A stretch of DNA of 63,977 nt, filler included, from Dimargaris cristalligena (GCA_003614675.1; 3 parts of 3 records of this genome joined end to end with filler, not necessarily neighbours in it); one strand, 5' to 3'. Positions 46,863 through 61,465 are shown, counted from the whole stretch's first letter. Made by a program: numbers and translations. The notes: generated from the letters alone by a model not told the origin.

Positions 46863-48519
46863 ATGGAACCCTCGTACCAGCGTCTCACGGATAACCCGAT
46901 AAGGTACGAACCAAGAGACCCCAGGAGCTCATTCCCAGCTCTCTGCTCATTCTCGAATGAAGCCCAGCGGTGCAACACTAAACGCCAGCTCCAACCCATG
47001 CCATAGAGCACACGCATAGTGCTAAGGCCCATTCTCTAAGGGTGCTTACTTTCTAAATGTTACCCCTTCTTCTATGTATATTTGCCATGACCGACCGCCA
47101 ATTTTTTGGCTGAATCACAACACATGCTCTAGAACGCCCTACCACCTATCCGCCCGCGATGTCTTCAACGCCGCTGCCAACCAGCTCCTGTACTCGCGCT
47201 TCTACACCTACTTCTACATACTCCTGGGCGTCCTTTCGCTAATCTCGCTAATCGTTGCCCTCTCCGAAAAATGGTAAGTTACGCGCATCCCTGCGCTGAA
47301 TTGGAAGCTGTGCTCTATAAGTTTTGCCAGGTTCCGCTAAATCAGCCACTGGCGTTTGTAGCAAAAATGCAGCCCGATAATGAGCTAACCCCAATACTAC
47401 CCTATGGGGTTCCGAATGATGCCTACTGCAATCCCTTCTCCAATCCATTGATTCAGTCCATCGACGGGCTTCATCATTCTAGAATCCATCATCTGTTTCG
47501 CCATGGTGGTGGAGGTAACCACTCGGATAGTAGCACTCGGCAAGGTAAGCCATGCCTGTACATCACTGTTATCCTTAATCCTACGGGGTTGATTTGGGTA
47601 TACGGATTGTGTTCTATTAGAGACTTTTATAATTAAATGGCGCGTGTCATTGCATTTTAAGCCCTACTCTATGACTGACCTATTTATCCACCTCCGCTTT
47701 ATACCGCCACCCGATTCCCTATTAAACTTCAGATTTACTGGAACTCGGCCCTGAATATCATTGATCTTGTTCTGGTCTTTCTTTGCATCATTCTACTGGT
47801 GCTCCTCTCCACCGGCTGCTCCGCCGCGTCATCCAGCGAAGAGCTGTTCAACACCGTGATCCTTCTGCTCCGTAACTGCGTGCAAATCTCACGAGTTGGC
47901 ATGATGATTCGCCAGTAAGTCGCCGGCTTAATCCGCAGCTGCCCATCTCCCGCTAATAATACCCTCTTCACTGTCCACCCATCCCCATCGTTGAATCGTG
48001 GCGTTTATAGTGTATTAAATACACGGACAAGTTCGTACTTGACCATGGTTCTAGTCCAATCAATATTTACACCTTCATTGTACCGCACTGTAACATGAAT
48101 TGCCCAATTTTGTATTTTCTAGAAACCAACGTCATATGGACGCCCGGGACGTCACCGTCCAATTCTCCACCACCGCCGACCGCCACAGCGGTGAAGACCG
48201 GGATTTTGAAGCCGATGAACTCGACTACCGTTACGGATCGCACACCACCGGCGGATCCCCCGGCCTCCAGGAAATCATTGCCATTGACGATGGCTATGAT
48301 TCCCCCCCGCCCCAGTATGCCCCCAACGGAAATGACCCGCCGGCCCACTTTGATAACACCCGCTTCGGGGCCGCCCGCGGCTTTACAACGGTATCCCGCT
48401 TTAGTCCATCCATCCAGGCTTCGCCCGGCACGGGGGCACCGGTGCCTAGCCTAGCCGCTAACAACAAATCATCCAAGAATGGTGGTAACCATGGCGCTGG
48501 CGGCATTTTGCCCATGTAA
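46863..48519 (+). CDS. Four-transmembrane ion-transport / voltage-sensor-like domain protein (~282 aa, 5 exons)
   Basis: Exons 46863-46903, 47133-47273, 47457-47544, 47733-47914 and 48123-48519 total 849 nt in frame. Segments are S2-like LESIICFAMVVEVTTRI, S3-like WNSALNIIDLVL and S4-like LLLRNCVQISRVGMMIR. Confidence 0.8.
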
Positions 48520-49182
48520 CGAACCCGGTCCTGCACTGGCCTTATAATATAAATATAGTGTAATTGATGTACAATGGCGTAGCCTGATTAGTCTAGTTGC
48601 TCATTTCATTGGTAGTAGTTTAGCAGGAGAGTGGGTTAGTAAGGGAAGTTAGCGGGTTTTTAAGGACTAACTGGGGATAATATCCGGGTTCCTTATTGGA
48701 AGGAGGGATATATCCCATTAGTGGATTAGTCTCCTCAATTCCACTTAATTATTCGTACTTTACAATTACATCTGCACCTACAGATTGGCCCGCACAAACC
48801 CAAACCCAAATCTGATTATAAATATTATTTCTATGGTAACAGCTCCTGGAGACGATATTCTTGTTTTGAATTTGGATAGTGACAAATAGTATACCATAAT
48901 TATTGAATAGGGGATAGATTTGGAAGCGAATGTTTATTGTTCTCAAGCCACGTTATTCCTGAGTGGAACTAAGGGTAAGTATGAAATAGTGAAAACAACA
49001 TGCAGTAATTAACAAGAATCGGACCCGAAACAATAAGAAGGTAATTATAAAAGAGACAGCCAACCCATAGGCTTTTTTTTTTGGAACCACCATCGCCACC
49101 TGCCAGCAAAGCAGAATAGCGGGAAAGCGCGGGACATGTTGGGCCGAAGGAAGGGTAGAAAGGGGGAGAAAAAGAAGCACAA

Positions 49183-50490
49183 TTAGGCAAGGGAGTTGAA
49201 CACGCGGTTGTGGCGGGCAATACTGGGACCGTATTCCTCGTACTCGGCCTTGGTGTGACTAATGGTATAGAATTGATCCGTGCAGGCCATCAAGCTACCG
49301 CCGAACCAGACGGCGTGGCGCTGTTTCTTGTGGGCAATGACATTGACTTCAATGGGCTTCGCCTTCAAATGACCACCGCTCTGGTCCTCGGAAAGCTGCA
49401 CCCGGCCATCGACCACGTGTTTAATGTCCCGCTGGAGGCGTTTACCGAAATCCTTGAACATCGTCGATCCGCCGGACAGGACGATATTTTTATAGAGCCC
49501 CCGACGGGTATCGATGGGGCTGGTTTGAATGACCTGGTCGACCACTTGGGGAAGAGGGGTCAAAAAGTCGGAACTGACGATTTCGGGGTTGAAGAAAATT
49601 TCCGGAGCCAGGAAACGTTCGTAACCGACATCGACGGTATACGGGCGCTGGGTACCACTATGGACCGCTTCGAATTGTTTAAAGTATTTGTGGGGTTCCT
49701 GGTCGAAGCGCTTGAATTCCTTGACGATATCGGGACACACGTAGGAGTACTGTTCCTTGATCCGACGGGCCACATCCAGGGAGTCTTCCGGGGGGATGGC
49801 AATTTCCTGGTGTTCACGGAGCAGCTGCTGCACAAAGGCGGTGATGTCCCGTCCGGCAATGGGGATATGCCGAATGGAACTGCCAATCACGTACCCTTCG
49901 GCAACGGGAATAACGTGGGTCACACCGTCGCCGGAGTCAATCACGGTACCGGTCAGGGTCTGGTCAGTGACTTTATCCGAGGTCCAACTGGCGGCCAGGG
50001 CCAGCACCGCCTGAACGGCAATGTAGAGGCCCTGGATATTGAAGGATTCGAAGAAGATTTCGGCCGTGTTTTCCCGGTTTTCGGGGGCGTTGAGGGGCGG
50101 TTCGGTGAGCAAGAAATAGTGGTCTTCGGGTTCGCAGCGCAGGTATTTGAAAATACACTGTTCCCAGTAACGTTCCATATGGTCCCAGTTGTCGATTTGG
50201 CCGTGGCGGATGGGGTAGTTGAGGTTGTAGGTCTTGGAGTTGCTGAGGGCCTTGTCGCCAATGTAAAAGTCCAGGTCTTCGATACCGCGCTTGGAGGCCA
50301 AATGGGACGAGGCGGAGGCGGACGACGATAGGAAGGCGGGCTTTTTAGGGACATTGGGGGCCCCGCCGGCACCGGCTTCGCGGGTACCGATAACGGTGGG
50401 AATCACAAACTGGGGACCGCTGTTGCCGGCGAAACCCATCTTGGTGTAGCCCGTGCCATTGTCGATCACAACAGGGGCGAGGCGGGACAT
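49183..50490 (-). CDS. ARP3: Actin-related protein 3 (Arp2/3 complex)
   Basis: Intronless 435 aa: [66 protein letters not shown]. Confidence 0.98.
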   Translation of the reverse strand: MSRLAPVVIDNGTGYTKMGFAGNSGPQFVIPTVIGTREAGAGGAPNVPKKPAFLSSSASASSHLASKRGIEDLDFYIGDKALSNSKTYNLNYPIRHGQIDNWDHMERYWEQCIFKYLRCEPEDHYFLLTEPPLNAPENRENTAEIFFESFNIQGLYIAVQAVLALAASWTSDKVTDQTLTGTVIDSGDGVTHVIPVAEGYVIGSSIRHIPIAGRDITAFVQQLLREHQEIAIPPEDSLDVARRIKEQYSYVCPDIVKEFKRFDQEPHKYFKQFEAVHSGTQRPYTVDVGYERFLAPEIFFNPEIVSSDFLTPLPQVVDQVIQTSPIDTRRGLYKNIVLSGGSTMFKDFGKRLQRDIKHVVDGRVQLSEDQSGGHLKAKPIEVNVIAHKKQRHAVWFGGSLMACTDQFYTISHTKAEYEEYGPSIARHNRVFNSLA

Positions 50491-51653
50491 GGCGGCGGAA
50501 CGGATGTGTGGTGGGTAGTGGTGGTGGTGGTGGTGATGGGTAGAGGGGGAGGGAGGAGTAACACGACAAACGAGATGGGATAACGAGATAGACAATAGGT
50601 AAAGAACCCACGCACTTTCTAATAGTATAGGTAATAGAGAGTCAGACCACAAGGCTTAAGGATAGGGATAGGTATGGATGACAACAAGGGGGGTGTAAGT
50701 CACCCTACCCACCCATTCCATCCCCTCATGGGCCTGAATTAGCCCTAATCCAGAGGAGGGGGTTGCTTGGCAAAACGGCGTCAGCACCTTGGCCCCTACA
50801 ATTAGGCTAAGAGACTCCGACTGGACTGGCCACCGAAATTCCCATGGGTCCATTTTTCTTAGCGGGGGCCTATGGGGAGAGCCCCCCTATCCGTAGTCGG
50901 ATTCAGAATCAAGCCGCAACCACACAGTCTCCTTTTATTAAAGACAACTCTCGCTCGCTTTTAGCCAGTTGGCTATATTGTTAACCCAAATGTAAGGTAC
51001 CTTTAATTACCCATTTACCTGCAATGGATTATACATTTCTTTATGCAGTAATCATTGATATGGAATAGATCAGGACCATTCCCCAGTATATAGACTAAAT
51101 CCATTAAAATTGAATACGGCGGACTTTGACTGCGTAATATCCTCTCAACTCCTGTCAAGTAGCAGTTAACAAATAAATCGTAGGAGAGGGGAAAATAATA
51201 ATCACCTACTAATATGCTATTAATACCCCCAATGCACTGAAGCACCGGATTTAAAAAACGGTCGTAACTACTGGCGTCACAATAGTTTGCCAATCGAGGC
51301 CGCTCCCCTTCCTCTTTGACCATTCTAGCCCAATCCTTGATGGGCGAAACCACCCAATGTCCCATATATGCCTGTACATAAGGTGATGGTTTAATAGAAA
51401 GTTGGTATCAAAATTAAGCGATTCGAAGCAAATGGATGCGAGTAAGCTATAGATATGTGGTGCAAAACACGGCAATACAATAATAAGCCAGACAGAGTAA
51501 TTCAGATCGTGGATTACATGTAGCTAATCTGACCATCCCTGGTTAATAAGTTAATAGGGTATTGTATATATATATATATAAATGGAGGTATATGGAATGT
51601 GATTTGGATGAAAGAAATAAGGAGTATACGTAGGCGAGGTGACTTCACCAAGA

Positions 51654-54600
51654 CTATTCTTCATCTTCGGAGTCCTCGAGCATATCTTCAATCTCCTGTT
51701 GAATATCCTCCACCTTGACAATCACTTTCATAGGCTGACTTGATGAAGGTGTAGCCGCCGCCGCTGCTGCTGATGTTGACAATGATGCGGACATTAGCGA
51801 ACCTTTGCCACTCGGGCGAAAGTCGGGATTGATAACACCCTTGGACGGATGAGGGCTTGGGGGTGGTGGTTGTTTGCGACGTGGAACCACTTTGAGAAGG
51901 GCATGGTCATGGCTCACCTGGTCGATGAATTGGTATACTTCTTCAAGCTCAGGGAATGCCCGTAGGTCTTCTTCCTGCCACTCGGTTTGGGCATCGAGTA
52001 CTTCGATTGCTCTCAGGATTTCAACGACGGTTCCTTCAAATTTATCCAGAGCGTTACGCGTGGGTGCGTCGCCAATAACGCCCGCCTAGACAAATTCGTA
52101 AAAAATAAGGAAGCAGCACAGGCAATATCATTGGAGTAAGGGTATAATTTAGTATCATGTAGAAAGCTATATAGGATAAGCAAAATCAGTGGGTGGTTCA
52201 CAAAATGGCCTTCCAAAAAACTGCATCTCGGTATCGTTCGACTTACCTGTTTAATGGTGAGAATAAGCGCCATGATCGACTTGAGCCGTGTTTCACCTGC
52301 CGCCTCATCAATGTGTAATTTCCGGATCAGTGGAATGAGGGTCCGCCGGGCACTCTTGGAGTCGGTCAAGACGGACTTTAGGGCGTCGATAGCGATTGTG
52401 GCGTGCAGACCCTCATCGATACCAGCAGTGGCCCGTTCCACCTTCTGGTAAGCCGCAACTGTCGCCCGGGGATCAGTCCAGTCAGCTAACTGCTGGCCAA
52501 TCCGGATGAGCGTGCTTTTACCCGAATCAGAGGGACCCCACTGCACCTTGGCGAGTTTGTTCAGGGTAGGAATCACTGCCTGGTCGAATGGGGTTGATCG
52601 TAATGGTATACAGTAGCAGATTAAACAAATTAAGACGAGTCAAAGTGATTACAGTATAGCCATCCAGCCAACCAAAAGTCCTCAAAAAACAATACATACT
52701 AAATAACTAGAACACTGCTCAGTCTAGCAAACAAGGTATATCATACAAAACTTACCTGCTGGAGTAGTTTTTGGTTGTCGTGTGCCGAATAACAATACAC
52801 CTGTAAGAAATAGGTGAGGCACTGCCGGAACCGGTTATTATCTTCGGTCACCGGGTGGAAGTACAGGAAGAGTAACGTTTCTAGAGTTTGAATCGGTTCG
52901 GATAGTTTTTGGCAGTAAAGTAGCCGGACAATCCCTTCGGTAGCGATGGCTTGGATGGTGGCCACGGGGCTTTCCACGCATTCCAGGAGCGTGGCTTCAA
53001 TGGCCAGGGGTTGGTCCAGTTTTTGGGAGATGCTGGGGATATCATACATGAGTGACAAATCCGATAGGGCCATGAGCGCCTTTTCCCGGATATCTCCCTC
53101 ACCCCGCCGGATGGCCTGCACAAAAGCGTGGGTGTTGTCCTCGGCCAGCGATTTGTCCAAGTAGCAACAATGGGCCAGGCACATCAAACCCAACTCCTGA
53201 ATAATGGCCTCTGATTCATTAATGGCGGGAATGAAGAGGTCGTTGAGAAGACCAAAGACGGCGTGGTTGTCCCGTAGGCGCTCTTGACAGCGCTCCAGCA
53301 GAAGTTTAGAGATGATGAGACACTTGACCCGCATTAGGAGGAGCTCGAGTTGACGTTCTTCGGGGTCCATTTGCGAATTGGCTTCCTCGTCGTCGTCCTC
53401 GATCGACGTGCGAATATCGACAATCGCCTCCACAATAATTTGGGTGAAATCACGCTCATTAATGGAAATTTTAAGGATAATATCAATGATGGTTTCAATA
53501 TGGGCTTCGGGGAACTCGGGGATTAGGAGCATTTCGCGTAACAAGCTGAGGAACCGGCGGCGACCCATCTCATCGGCGAAGTCGCACCGGGTGGCAATGG
53601 TCAGCAGCTGACCGACGATAAAGGAACAATTGACCTCCTGCTCGTCTTCCTCAGCATTCTGGAACAGTTGAGTAAAGTGCTGAATGTACATGGCCAGCTT
53701 CACCACTTCGGGGAGGGCAGCTTCTAGCAGGTCCTCAAGGTGTTCCTTCTCGAAGAAGGCGAGGGTCACCTGGATCAGGAACACCGTTTCGGGGGTTAAG
53801 TTCTGCCAAACCTCCTCGGTGAATTCAAAAGTACGGGGAATATCGGGGTGGGCCGTGAAGAGAGCGATTAGAGTGGGCTCCGCAATAGTACTGTTCACCA
53901 CGTCGAGCCGCTCCAGAAGCTCAATAAGGTTGTTATTGGCGTACTCCATCCAATTTTCGGACAGTAGTTTAATGCAAGCCTGGCGAACCGCCGGTTCACG
54001 GTCGTTGATGCCGTGCGACAGGAGTTTTTCACGGGCCTCGATGGACAGGATTCGGAAATCCCCGATTTCTTTCAAGGCCTTGAGATAGACGAAGCGCCGG
54101 TTGTTGGTGTCCAGATCACGCGAGCGTTCCAAAATTCGCGGTAACGAGGAGGGACTCTTGGTAATGTGAATCAAAACGGCCCGGCGAACTTCGGCACTGG
54201 GGTCGTACCGAATAATGTTAAGCAGGGTTTTGGTCACATTAGGACCATCGCTGGGATCCTGCATATCTTCGTCTTCGTCTTCGCCATTTTGGAGGCGACA
54301 GAGAGCAATCACGGCCTGGACGCGGATAGCCGATTCTTTGTCGTGGATCCGCTCGTAAAGTTTTGTTTTAAGGGTGACGTAGAGTTCTTCGTCAATTTCA
54401 CCGAAGGAATTGACGCATAGGGCCACCAGCTGGCAGACGCGGAGGCGAACGAGCTTATCCTTGGCGTTAAACCCCTTGAGGAGGTGGTGCATCAGGAACT
54501 CGATGAAGCGGGAGGACAAACTGTCGGTAATGGTCTCCGCCGGATCGATCGATGCCCGACTTGTAAAGACGTCGCCGTCATCATTGGTGGGGCTGGTAAG

Positions 54601-55068
54601 GGCCGTAGCTTCATCCACCTCCATACCGGCATCGGAAGGGGGAGCTGGTTTGGACTCCGCTGCTGCCTGAACCAGCGCGGCTTTAGCGTCCTTCTCGTGC
54701 CCTAACTGGACGAACATCGCCACAAATTTGACCACCAGCTCCACGGACGCCTCCCGTTTCTTCACGGGCAGGATTTTATTGAGGTTGCGTACGAACTCGT
54801 TATTGAAGATGGACTCGCCGGGCCGGTCGGACGTTGTGCATTTCAAAGGGGGAGTGCCATCGCTGGGCGGGGAATGCATATATTTGACAATGGTCTCGGC
54901 GGGTAGTTGAGAACAGCGCTCCTGCAGTTTACGGAGGGCTGCCGCGTTGCGACGGTGCTGAGTGACGGAGACTTGAGCACCTTGGAAGAGTTCCGGGGCC
55001 GCAGTGGTGAGGGTGCGCAGGAGGTCACCGTCGTTGGTGCTGGATTGGGTGGCAGTGGCTTTGCCCAT
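51654..55068 (-). CDS. YCG1: Condensin complex subunit G (Ycg1/Cnd3/NCAPG), ~1025 aa
   Basis: HEAT-repeat protein with AKDKLVRLRVCQL, DPSAEVRRAVL, DFADEMGRRR and RQCLTYF. Exons 55068-52756, 52579-52247 and 52085-51654. Confidence 0.93.
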
Positions 55069-56635
55069 TCTGTATTCTTGCCGGATAATCGGCTTAACAA
55101 TGCGGAGATTGAAATGAAATGATTGTGCCGGAAATGAGTGTAGTGGACGGGGACAGTTCGGAGAGACGACTGACAAGCCGCTAAATACGCAGTCCGGAAA
55201 GTAAAGGCAAAACGATGTATGAAAAATGGGCTAGGAAGAGGTTGACAATGCCGAAGGGTTCGCATACAGTGCAGCCCTTTTTGCATCTATAAAATAGACG
55301 CGGGCGCAGTCGGAATTTTGATTTGGATTTGCTAGTGTGGTACAATTTACAGGAGGTCTTGTTTACATTTTAAATCCCGCTCACAGTCTGGTTGAAGGGA
55401 AAGGGGTTTTAGTAGGCTCTTTTAGTCACGTGCCTCGCTTCCATGCTCAGCAGAGGGGGATTAGCCATTAATAATGTGAGGGACTTAAAATAAAATGGGA
55501 TGGGTGAAGCCAAAGATGACTAATACAGCAGATATCACCGTTGGCCTAATTCCCCTCTACGCTCCCAATTGAACACTAAAGGATCAGTTAAGTTGGGTGG
55601 CTCTTTTAATAATTACAATGCCATTAGGCACTGAACTATATAAGCCAGGGCTTATTTCTACCACATCAATTGAGTTTGGTAAAGTATTTGACCGAATAGT
55701 CTACACCTTATCTACTATGTAACGTTTCCCCCACCCGCCTCCTAATGTAGGCAGAATCCTCTGCAATAAACACCCGCGAGTGTGGCTGGCATCTCAGCGC
55801 TCCTAAAAAGCCACACAGTAAATGGGCGTACATGGTGAATGTATTCCACTGCATCCATGTTATTTAGCGAAAGTGAATAGCCGCTGGACCACGTGATATT
55901 TAGTTTGGCTCCTATTGACTTGCCTTTAGCAGCGTTGATAAATGAAATGACAAATTCAGGGATTTCCTCCAAAAGAAATGACGGCCACCCTTACTATCTC
56001 TAACTCTCTCACCAAAGGAGTGGGGATGGTGTATACATGGCCCAAATTACTCACACTTAATAGTCTGGGTCGGTTGTTTGTGTGTGGGGGGAGGTATTTT
56101 GAGCTTTGCCCACTTGCATAAGTTTATCTGGTATCACGCTCCTGTCACTTGTCCAGCTCCATTGTATTAATAGGGAAGCCTTCAGTTGGATGAACAAGCA
56201 CACCTGCTTAGTTGACCGATCTGTTGCGGTCCAACCCTCCATAGCAACCGCGCCTTTCTCATTCGCCGCACAACAATACCTTCTATAGTTTACTATCTGG
56301 CCAAGTATCGACTGCAGTGTCCATGCGTGCGCATTGGACTTGCTGATTTATATATTCCACCTACCGTGACTCTTGGTGCTGCTGTTATTTTATTGACGCC
56401 CTTCCATTGGTATTCCGACCAAAATACCAGAGACTCACCAGTTCCTTCCAACCCTGTGCCAGCCCCAGCCTACCGCTATTCCTCTCTTCCTAATACTGCT
56501 AGAAAACCCCCCGCTTACTATTTTCAACTGGCTGATCACTACTCACCTCCATAGCTGCTACTCTTTTTATTCCATTGCTAGCAAGAACATTTCGCCTCTT
56601 GGTTTTCCTCTGTATTTCTTATATTGTATCCCACC

Positions 56636-58015
56636 ATGGCCAGTGGTACTAAAACGACTGCCAAGGTGCCCGCCCATTCCAGCTCCACCGGCTCCTCACA
56701 CCCAGGCGTATCAGTTAACCAACTCTCATCGGCTTTACAGGGCTCCCATATTTCAAAGGCCGACGCCGAGGCCAAGGCCGCCTTGAAAAAGGCTACTGAA
56801 TCTGGTCGCATCTCTCCTCTGGGCGAAGCAATCGAGCAGGGCAAATCCGCTCGTTCATCCCAGCTGCAAACCTCCTCCTCCGCCCCCTCTTCGTCGTCCT
56901 CCACTGCGAGGGAACCCGATGGCCAGGCCGAGCCCGAAAAACAATGGTCTCTCCAGGACTTTGATATCGGCAAGCCCCTCGGACGTGGTAAATTCGGCCG
57001 GGTTTACTTGGCCCGCGAGAAGTCCAGCGGTTTTATGGTAGCCCTGAAAGTCCTCTTCAAATCCGAAATTAAACAGCCCAACCTAGCCCGGCAATTGCGC
57101 CGCGAAGTGGAAATCCAGTCCCATCTGCGTCATGAGCACATTCTGCGCCTCTTCGGGTATTTCCACGATGAAAAGCGGGTTTACCTTATCCTGGAGTACG
57201 CCTGTCGCGGCGAACTCTACAAGATTCTACGGAAATATGGCCGCTTTTCCGAACGTCGGGCCGCCAAGGTAAGTTATTGTTTTCTAATCCCTATCATCCC
57301 CTCCCCTGCCGTAAACAGGGACCATGGCCTCGTGCCCTCTTCCGTTGATAAATCAAGTCACGGGTGACTTTTCTGATTAATCGATGTCTAATTGGGCTTC
57401 CCTTTGTTTAGATTTTCTTAAACAACAATTCGTTCAGTGCGCTCACATTTCCATGGACACTTATGCGATTCTCTATTTGATTATCCTTTGGCCAATATCT
57501 ACCTTGTTTTATTTCCCCCGCCCGTATAGTATATCATGCAAATGTCCAAGGCCTTACTGTACCTGCACCAGAAGCATGTTATCCATCGCGACATCAAGCC
57601 CGAAAATCTGCTCGTTGGGGTCCACGGCGAACTTAAAATCGCCGATTTCGGCTGGTCGGTACATGCCCCCAACAGCCGGCGCAAAACCACCTGTGGTACC
57701 CTGGATTACTTGCCCCCGGAGATTGTCGAGGGCCGGGACCATGACGAGAATGTCGACCTATGGAGCCTCGGGGTACTTTGTTACGAATTCTTGGTGGGCG
57801 TCCCGCCCTTTGAAGACTTGAGCAGTCAGCAGGCCACTTTCCGGCGCATTTCCCGAGTGGATTTGAAGATCCCTGAACATATTTCGCCACAGGCCGCTGA
57901 TCTAATCCGCCGGCTTCTAAAGCATAATCCGACCGATCGATTGCCTCTCGACCAGGTCCTCAAACATCCTTGGATTATCGAACACACTGCTGGGGCTACC
58001 GTGTCGGAAAACTAA
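56636..58015 (+). CDS. IPL1: Aurora kinase (Ipl1/Ark1), ~372 aa
   Basis: [39 protein letters not shown] and [24 protein letters not shown]. Exons 56636-57268 and 57530-58015. Confidence 0.97.
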
Positions 58016-58038
58016 TATATATATATATATATATATAT
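58015..58038. repeat. (AT)n microsatellite immediately after the Aurora kinase stop codon
   Basis: About 12 AT units; similar tracts occur at ~33187, ~36274 and ~51565. Confidence 0.85.
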
Positions 58039-61000
58039 CAAAATTAGCGGTGGTTGGCCGACAGGAGTGGCCTCTGCTTATCTAGCCATAGTTGTTTTTC
58101 GGTTTCATGGCAGCCTGGGTTTGCCAGGTGACCGGATTTTACGGGATCCCTATACTGAATAGATTCATATTTGTTTCATTAATCAGAGACTGGTAATTCC
58201 TTGCCCGGCCAGTTAGTTACCCCCCCTTCTGCCCCGGCCTCTTTATAAGTCCACTTAGTCGCTTTTATTTTAGTCGCTCAAGGTGTAAAAGAGAACTACC
58301 ACTACTACAGGCTATTCTAAAGTATTTACCACCTTTTTATTTTTCGATCCCCAACATTAAGTATATACTTTGACATGGTTTCATTTTTTCAATAGTTAGT
58401 TTAGTCCTACCACTTCTCCCCATCCTTTTCTCCCTTCCACCGCCCCCTCTATACTCTATACGTTCTTATTACTCACTAATTCGATCCCATCCCCTTGTTT
58501 TATCTTCAAAACCAGAGCGCCTTACTTCATGAACCTGAATATCCCATCGGCTCACGGGTGTACTATAAATCTGGCCTGGCTTTTATTCCCTTAGTTGGGT
58601 TTTAGCATACCCACTAACTAAAACCAATATTATCTAATTGTCTCTATCACGACTTGCAACCGATTGGCTTTTTTGAATTGCTTTACTCATTCTCAATAAA
58701 CTCGTATTACAACCGGTCTGATCCGCCCAGCCCTCATAAGGGGCTTCTCTATCACCGGTTGAAATTGGTGGATATCAAGATGGGTGTATATAATTTCTGA
58801 ATGCAATATAGATATGGTATGCCTAGAGCTGGGGAATTGTGAGCATGGTAATCTCAGCGGTGCTCGATAGTCAGCCCTATCATAGCCAGGTCCATTACCT
58901 TGGTTACCATCTATTTTGACACTATTATACTATATAGCACATTTTCCATAGTACTGCGCGGCGTTATGATAGTTATTTATATAACCCCAGTCGGCACTCG
59001 AAACTCTCCTTTGATAAAGCTTTGCCGATGAACCGAAGACTCTCCTGGATATCAGCGAATATTTTCTGGTGTTGCCTTTACTATTCTGCGGTGATGACCT
59101 TCTTCTGTGGTTCCCATGTATAAATAACTCCCCCCCTCCCCTGCCCCATAGGGATATATCGCAGTCAGGACGACTCGCACGGTTGGATTAGTTAGGATAC
59201 TTACAATGCAGGTCGCAGCATATTGTTAAGGTGGCGAACCACGTCGGTTACTATTGGATAAAGCCCTCGATTGATCAATGATATCTTAATAAATCGGAGT
59301 GTGGGGGTTTATTCTTCCATCTTGTTATGGTATAATCGAGAGAACATGAGATGTCCAATTTCAACATAAAATTACCTTCCATAATATATGTCTTATCCCC
59401 AAAAGCCCCATTCAATTGACATACTATTGCAGCTCGCTGACTCCAGTACTTAAAAAACAACTCAACCAATCACCTTAGGGGCTGAATACTACATTATACC
59501 GGGGAAATCTTAATGCAACTAAAAGTTGCCAGTACTTCCCGTGGGCGAAAGGCCAATTTGCACCACGGTACCCCCTCCCTGAGTGAATAATACTCGGTAG
59601 AGCATGGTTGCGTCCATTACGTTCCCCCACAGGAGTTGGTCAACCCTCCTGCACCGGCCCAATAACAACATTTTATCAAAGAGGAGAAAAAAACACCGCT
59701 ATAATTGGTAAAGTACTTAGAGTTCGATTTTGATTATAACTATACTACCTGCCCGGCCCGGCACTGCAGCCTATTTCCATAGCTCATCCAACTCTACACA
59801 GCCCACACAGTCACACTATTAGGTTAGTTGGATTGCCAGGTCCATTGCTGCATTAGATATGCAACGGGAGAATATTTCCGCCTCCTTTAACCTCCTGCTT
59901 CTTCGTCGTATAAAAAACCCCGATACCAGTCAGCCTTCCCCCTGTTGTGACGAATCACTTAAATGGTGTCACATAAGGCTGAATTATTACTTGGTGACGT
60001 CATAAAAATTGTTACGTCACTGGTGGCCGAGGCCTAGTACTTTTCCGTTCAAGTCCCCCATATTAAATTAGCTGTTCATTTAACGCCAACTATAGATGCG
60101 GACTCCCTAGACTACTTTTTATCAAACTAAAAATATATGTTAGAGGTGGTGAAATTAACGAATGTGCCTATTCCAATGGCAGACTACGAATTGGCTCAAC
60201 AGTTAAACGGAAGTTGAGTGTGAAACACAGTAGTGTAACCAGATGGGGCTGACTGAACAGGGTTTACAGCCATTTTATAGTTTTATTTTCCCAGTGCGAG
60301 AGATCTAATGCCTACTTGTAGTGGAGTGCTAAGCTGCAGTAGACCAATGGCAAAAGGGGTCCGTCAGTTCGGGAGTAAACTAGTTACATTTGAATTAACC
60401 TACCATCGCCAAAAGTGGGACTGGCTTGTTAATTCCGATAACCCTGCTGTCAAACAAAGTCAGCCCTATTTTAAAACTAGCGACCTCCTAACCCACTGGA
60501 AAGTGCTGGTAATCATTCCTGTATATTATAAATACATGTCCCAATAAGAATGTAGTTTTCTATAAACCACGGACAGGGGCGGAAAGGGCCCGATTGGCCG
60601 TTAGGCGAAACATGCTAGTTTTTTGGCTCTTTCAATTATAATCAATAGCTGAAAACATAAATCGGAATATTATAGCTAAGACGTACGGTAAGTCGAAAAA
60701 AAGGGACAAGCGAATGCGAGGGGATTAGGTTGAATTGACGATCCAAGCGGTTGTTGGGGGAATATTTTGAACTTGATCAGTAATAGGTGTTGTCAAGGTA
60801 TCCGGTGGTAACAGAGGCGCTATGCAATAACAGGTGTCATTCTTTTCAAGCGGGTTTCATTCGCCACAAGTGCAAATGGTAACTTAAGACTGTTGCGGTT
60901 ACTCCCCCCTGGGGTTCATGGGCCAAATTCATGCCGACTTACACTGAGTATGAACCACAAAGGCATGATACCCATACCTACGCCAGCTTTAAAGCACGCT

Positions 61001-61465
61001 TCCTTGGTAGGCGGGTATTTCAACCGACTAGATAGTCAACTGTATAGGTTTTTAGTGTTCCATAGGGGGTCTATGATGCAGAATTGCACGTATGACGAGT
61101 TATTATGTCTAATCGGCTTGAATTAAAGGCTACATGAAAAATTTACCTGTTTAATATTTGCATTGGTATGGGCATGTCTGTAAGCGATGACGAACATATA
61201 CTACTCCCGCCAACAACACGCCATCTGGTGAAACTTTAGCACCATGTCTCTCAGCTGAGTAGTGGGTAGTTTTTTGGTGTGGATATAGTAATGGAACGGG
61301 TATATAAAGTGCAGAGCATCACCAACGACTTCAATTGAAGTATAACCCAATACGCCTATTCTAGTATTGATCAGCCTCCTAATTCATTAGCCGTCCAGTT
61401 GAACCCGTAATTATTCTGTCATTTATTTTGTATTTCCCTACCAACCCAATTTACACCGTTCTATC

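Noticed and set aside
49210-50331. 373-aa ORF antisense to ARP3
   Set aside because: Shadow ORF of a GC3-biased conserved gene, with no recognisable motifs.
50491-50652. His-rich N-terminal extension of ARP3 in the ORF track
   Set aside because: Begins at a non-ATG codon and includes a CAC microsatellite in the 5' region; homology starts at Met 50490.
59993-60060. GTGACGT/ACGTCAC hairpin followed by A-box- and B-box-like words
   Set aside because: Spacing is too short and no cloverleaf forms, so it is not supportable as a tRNA.
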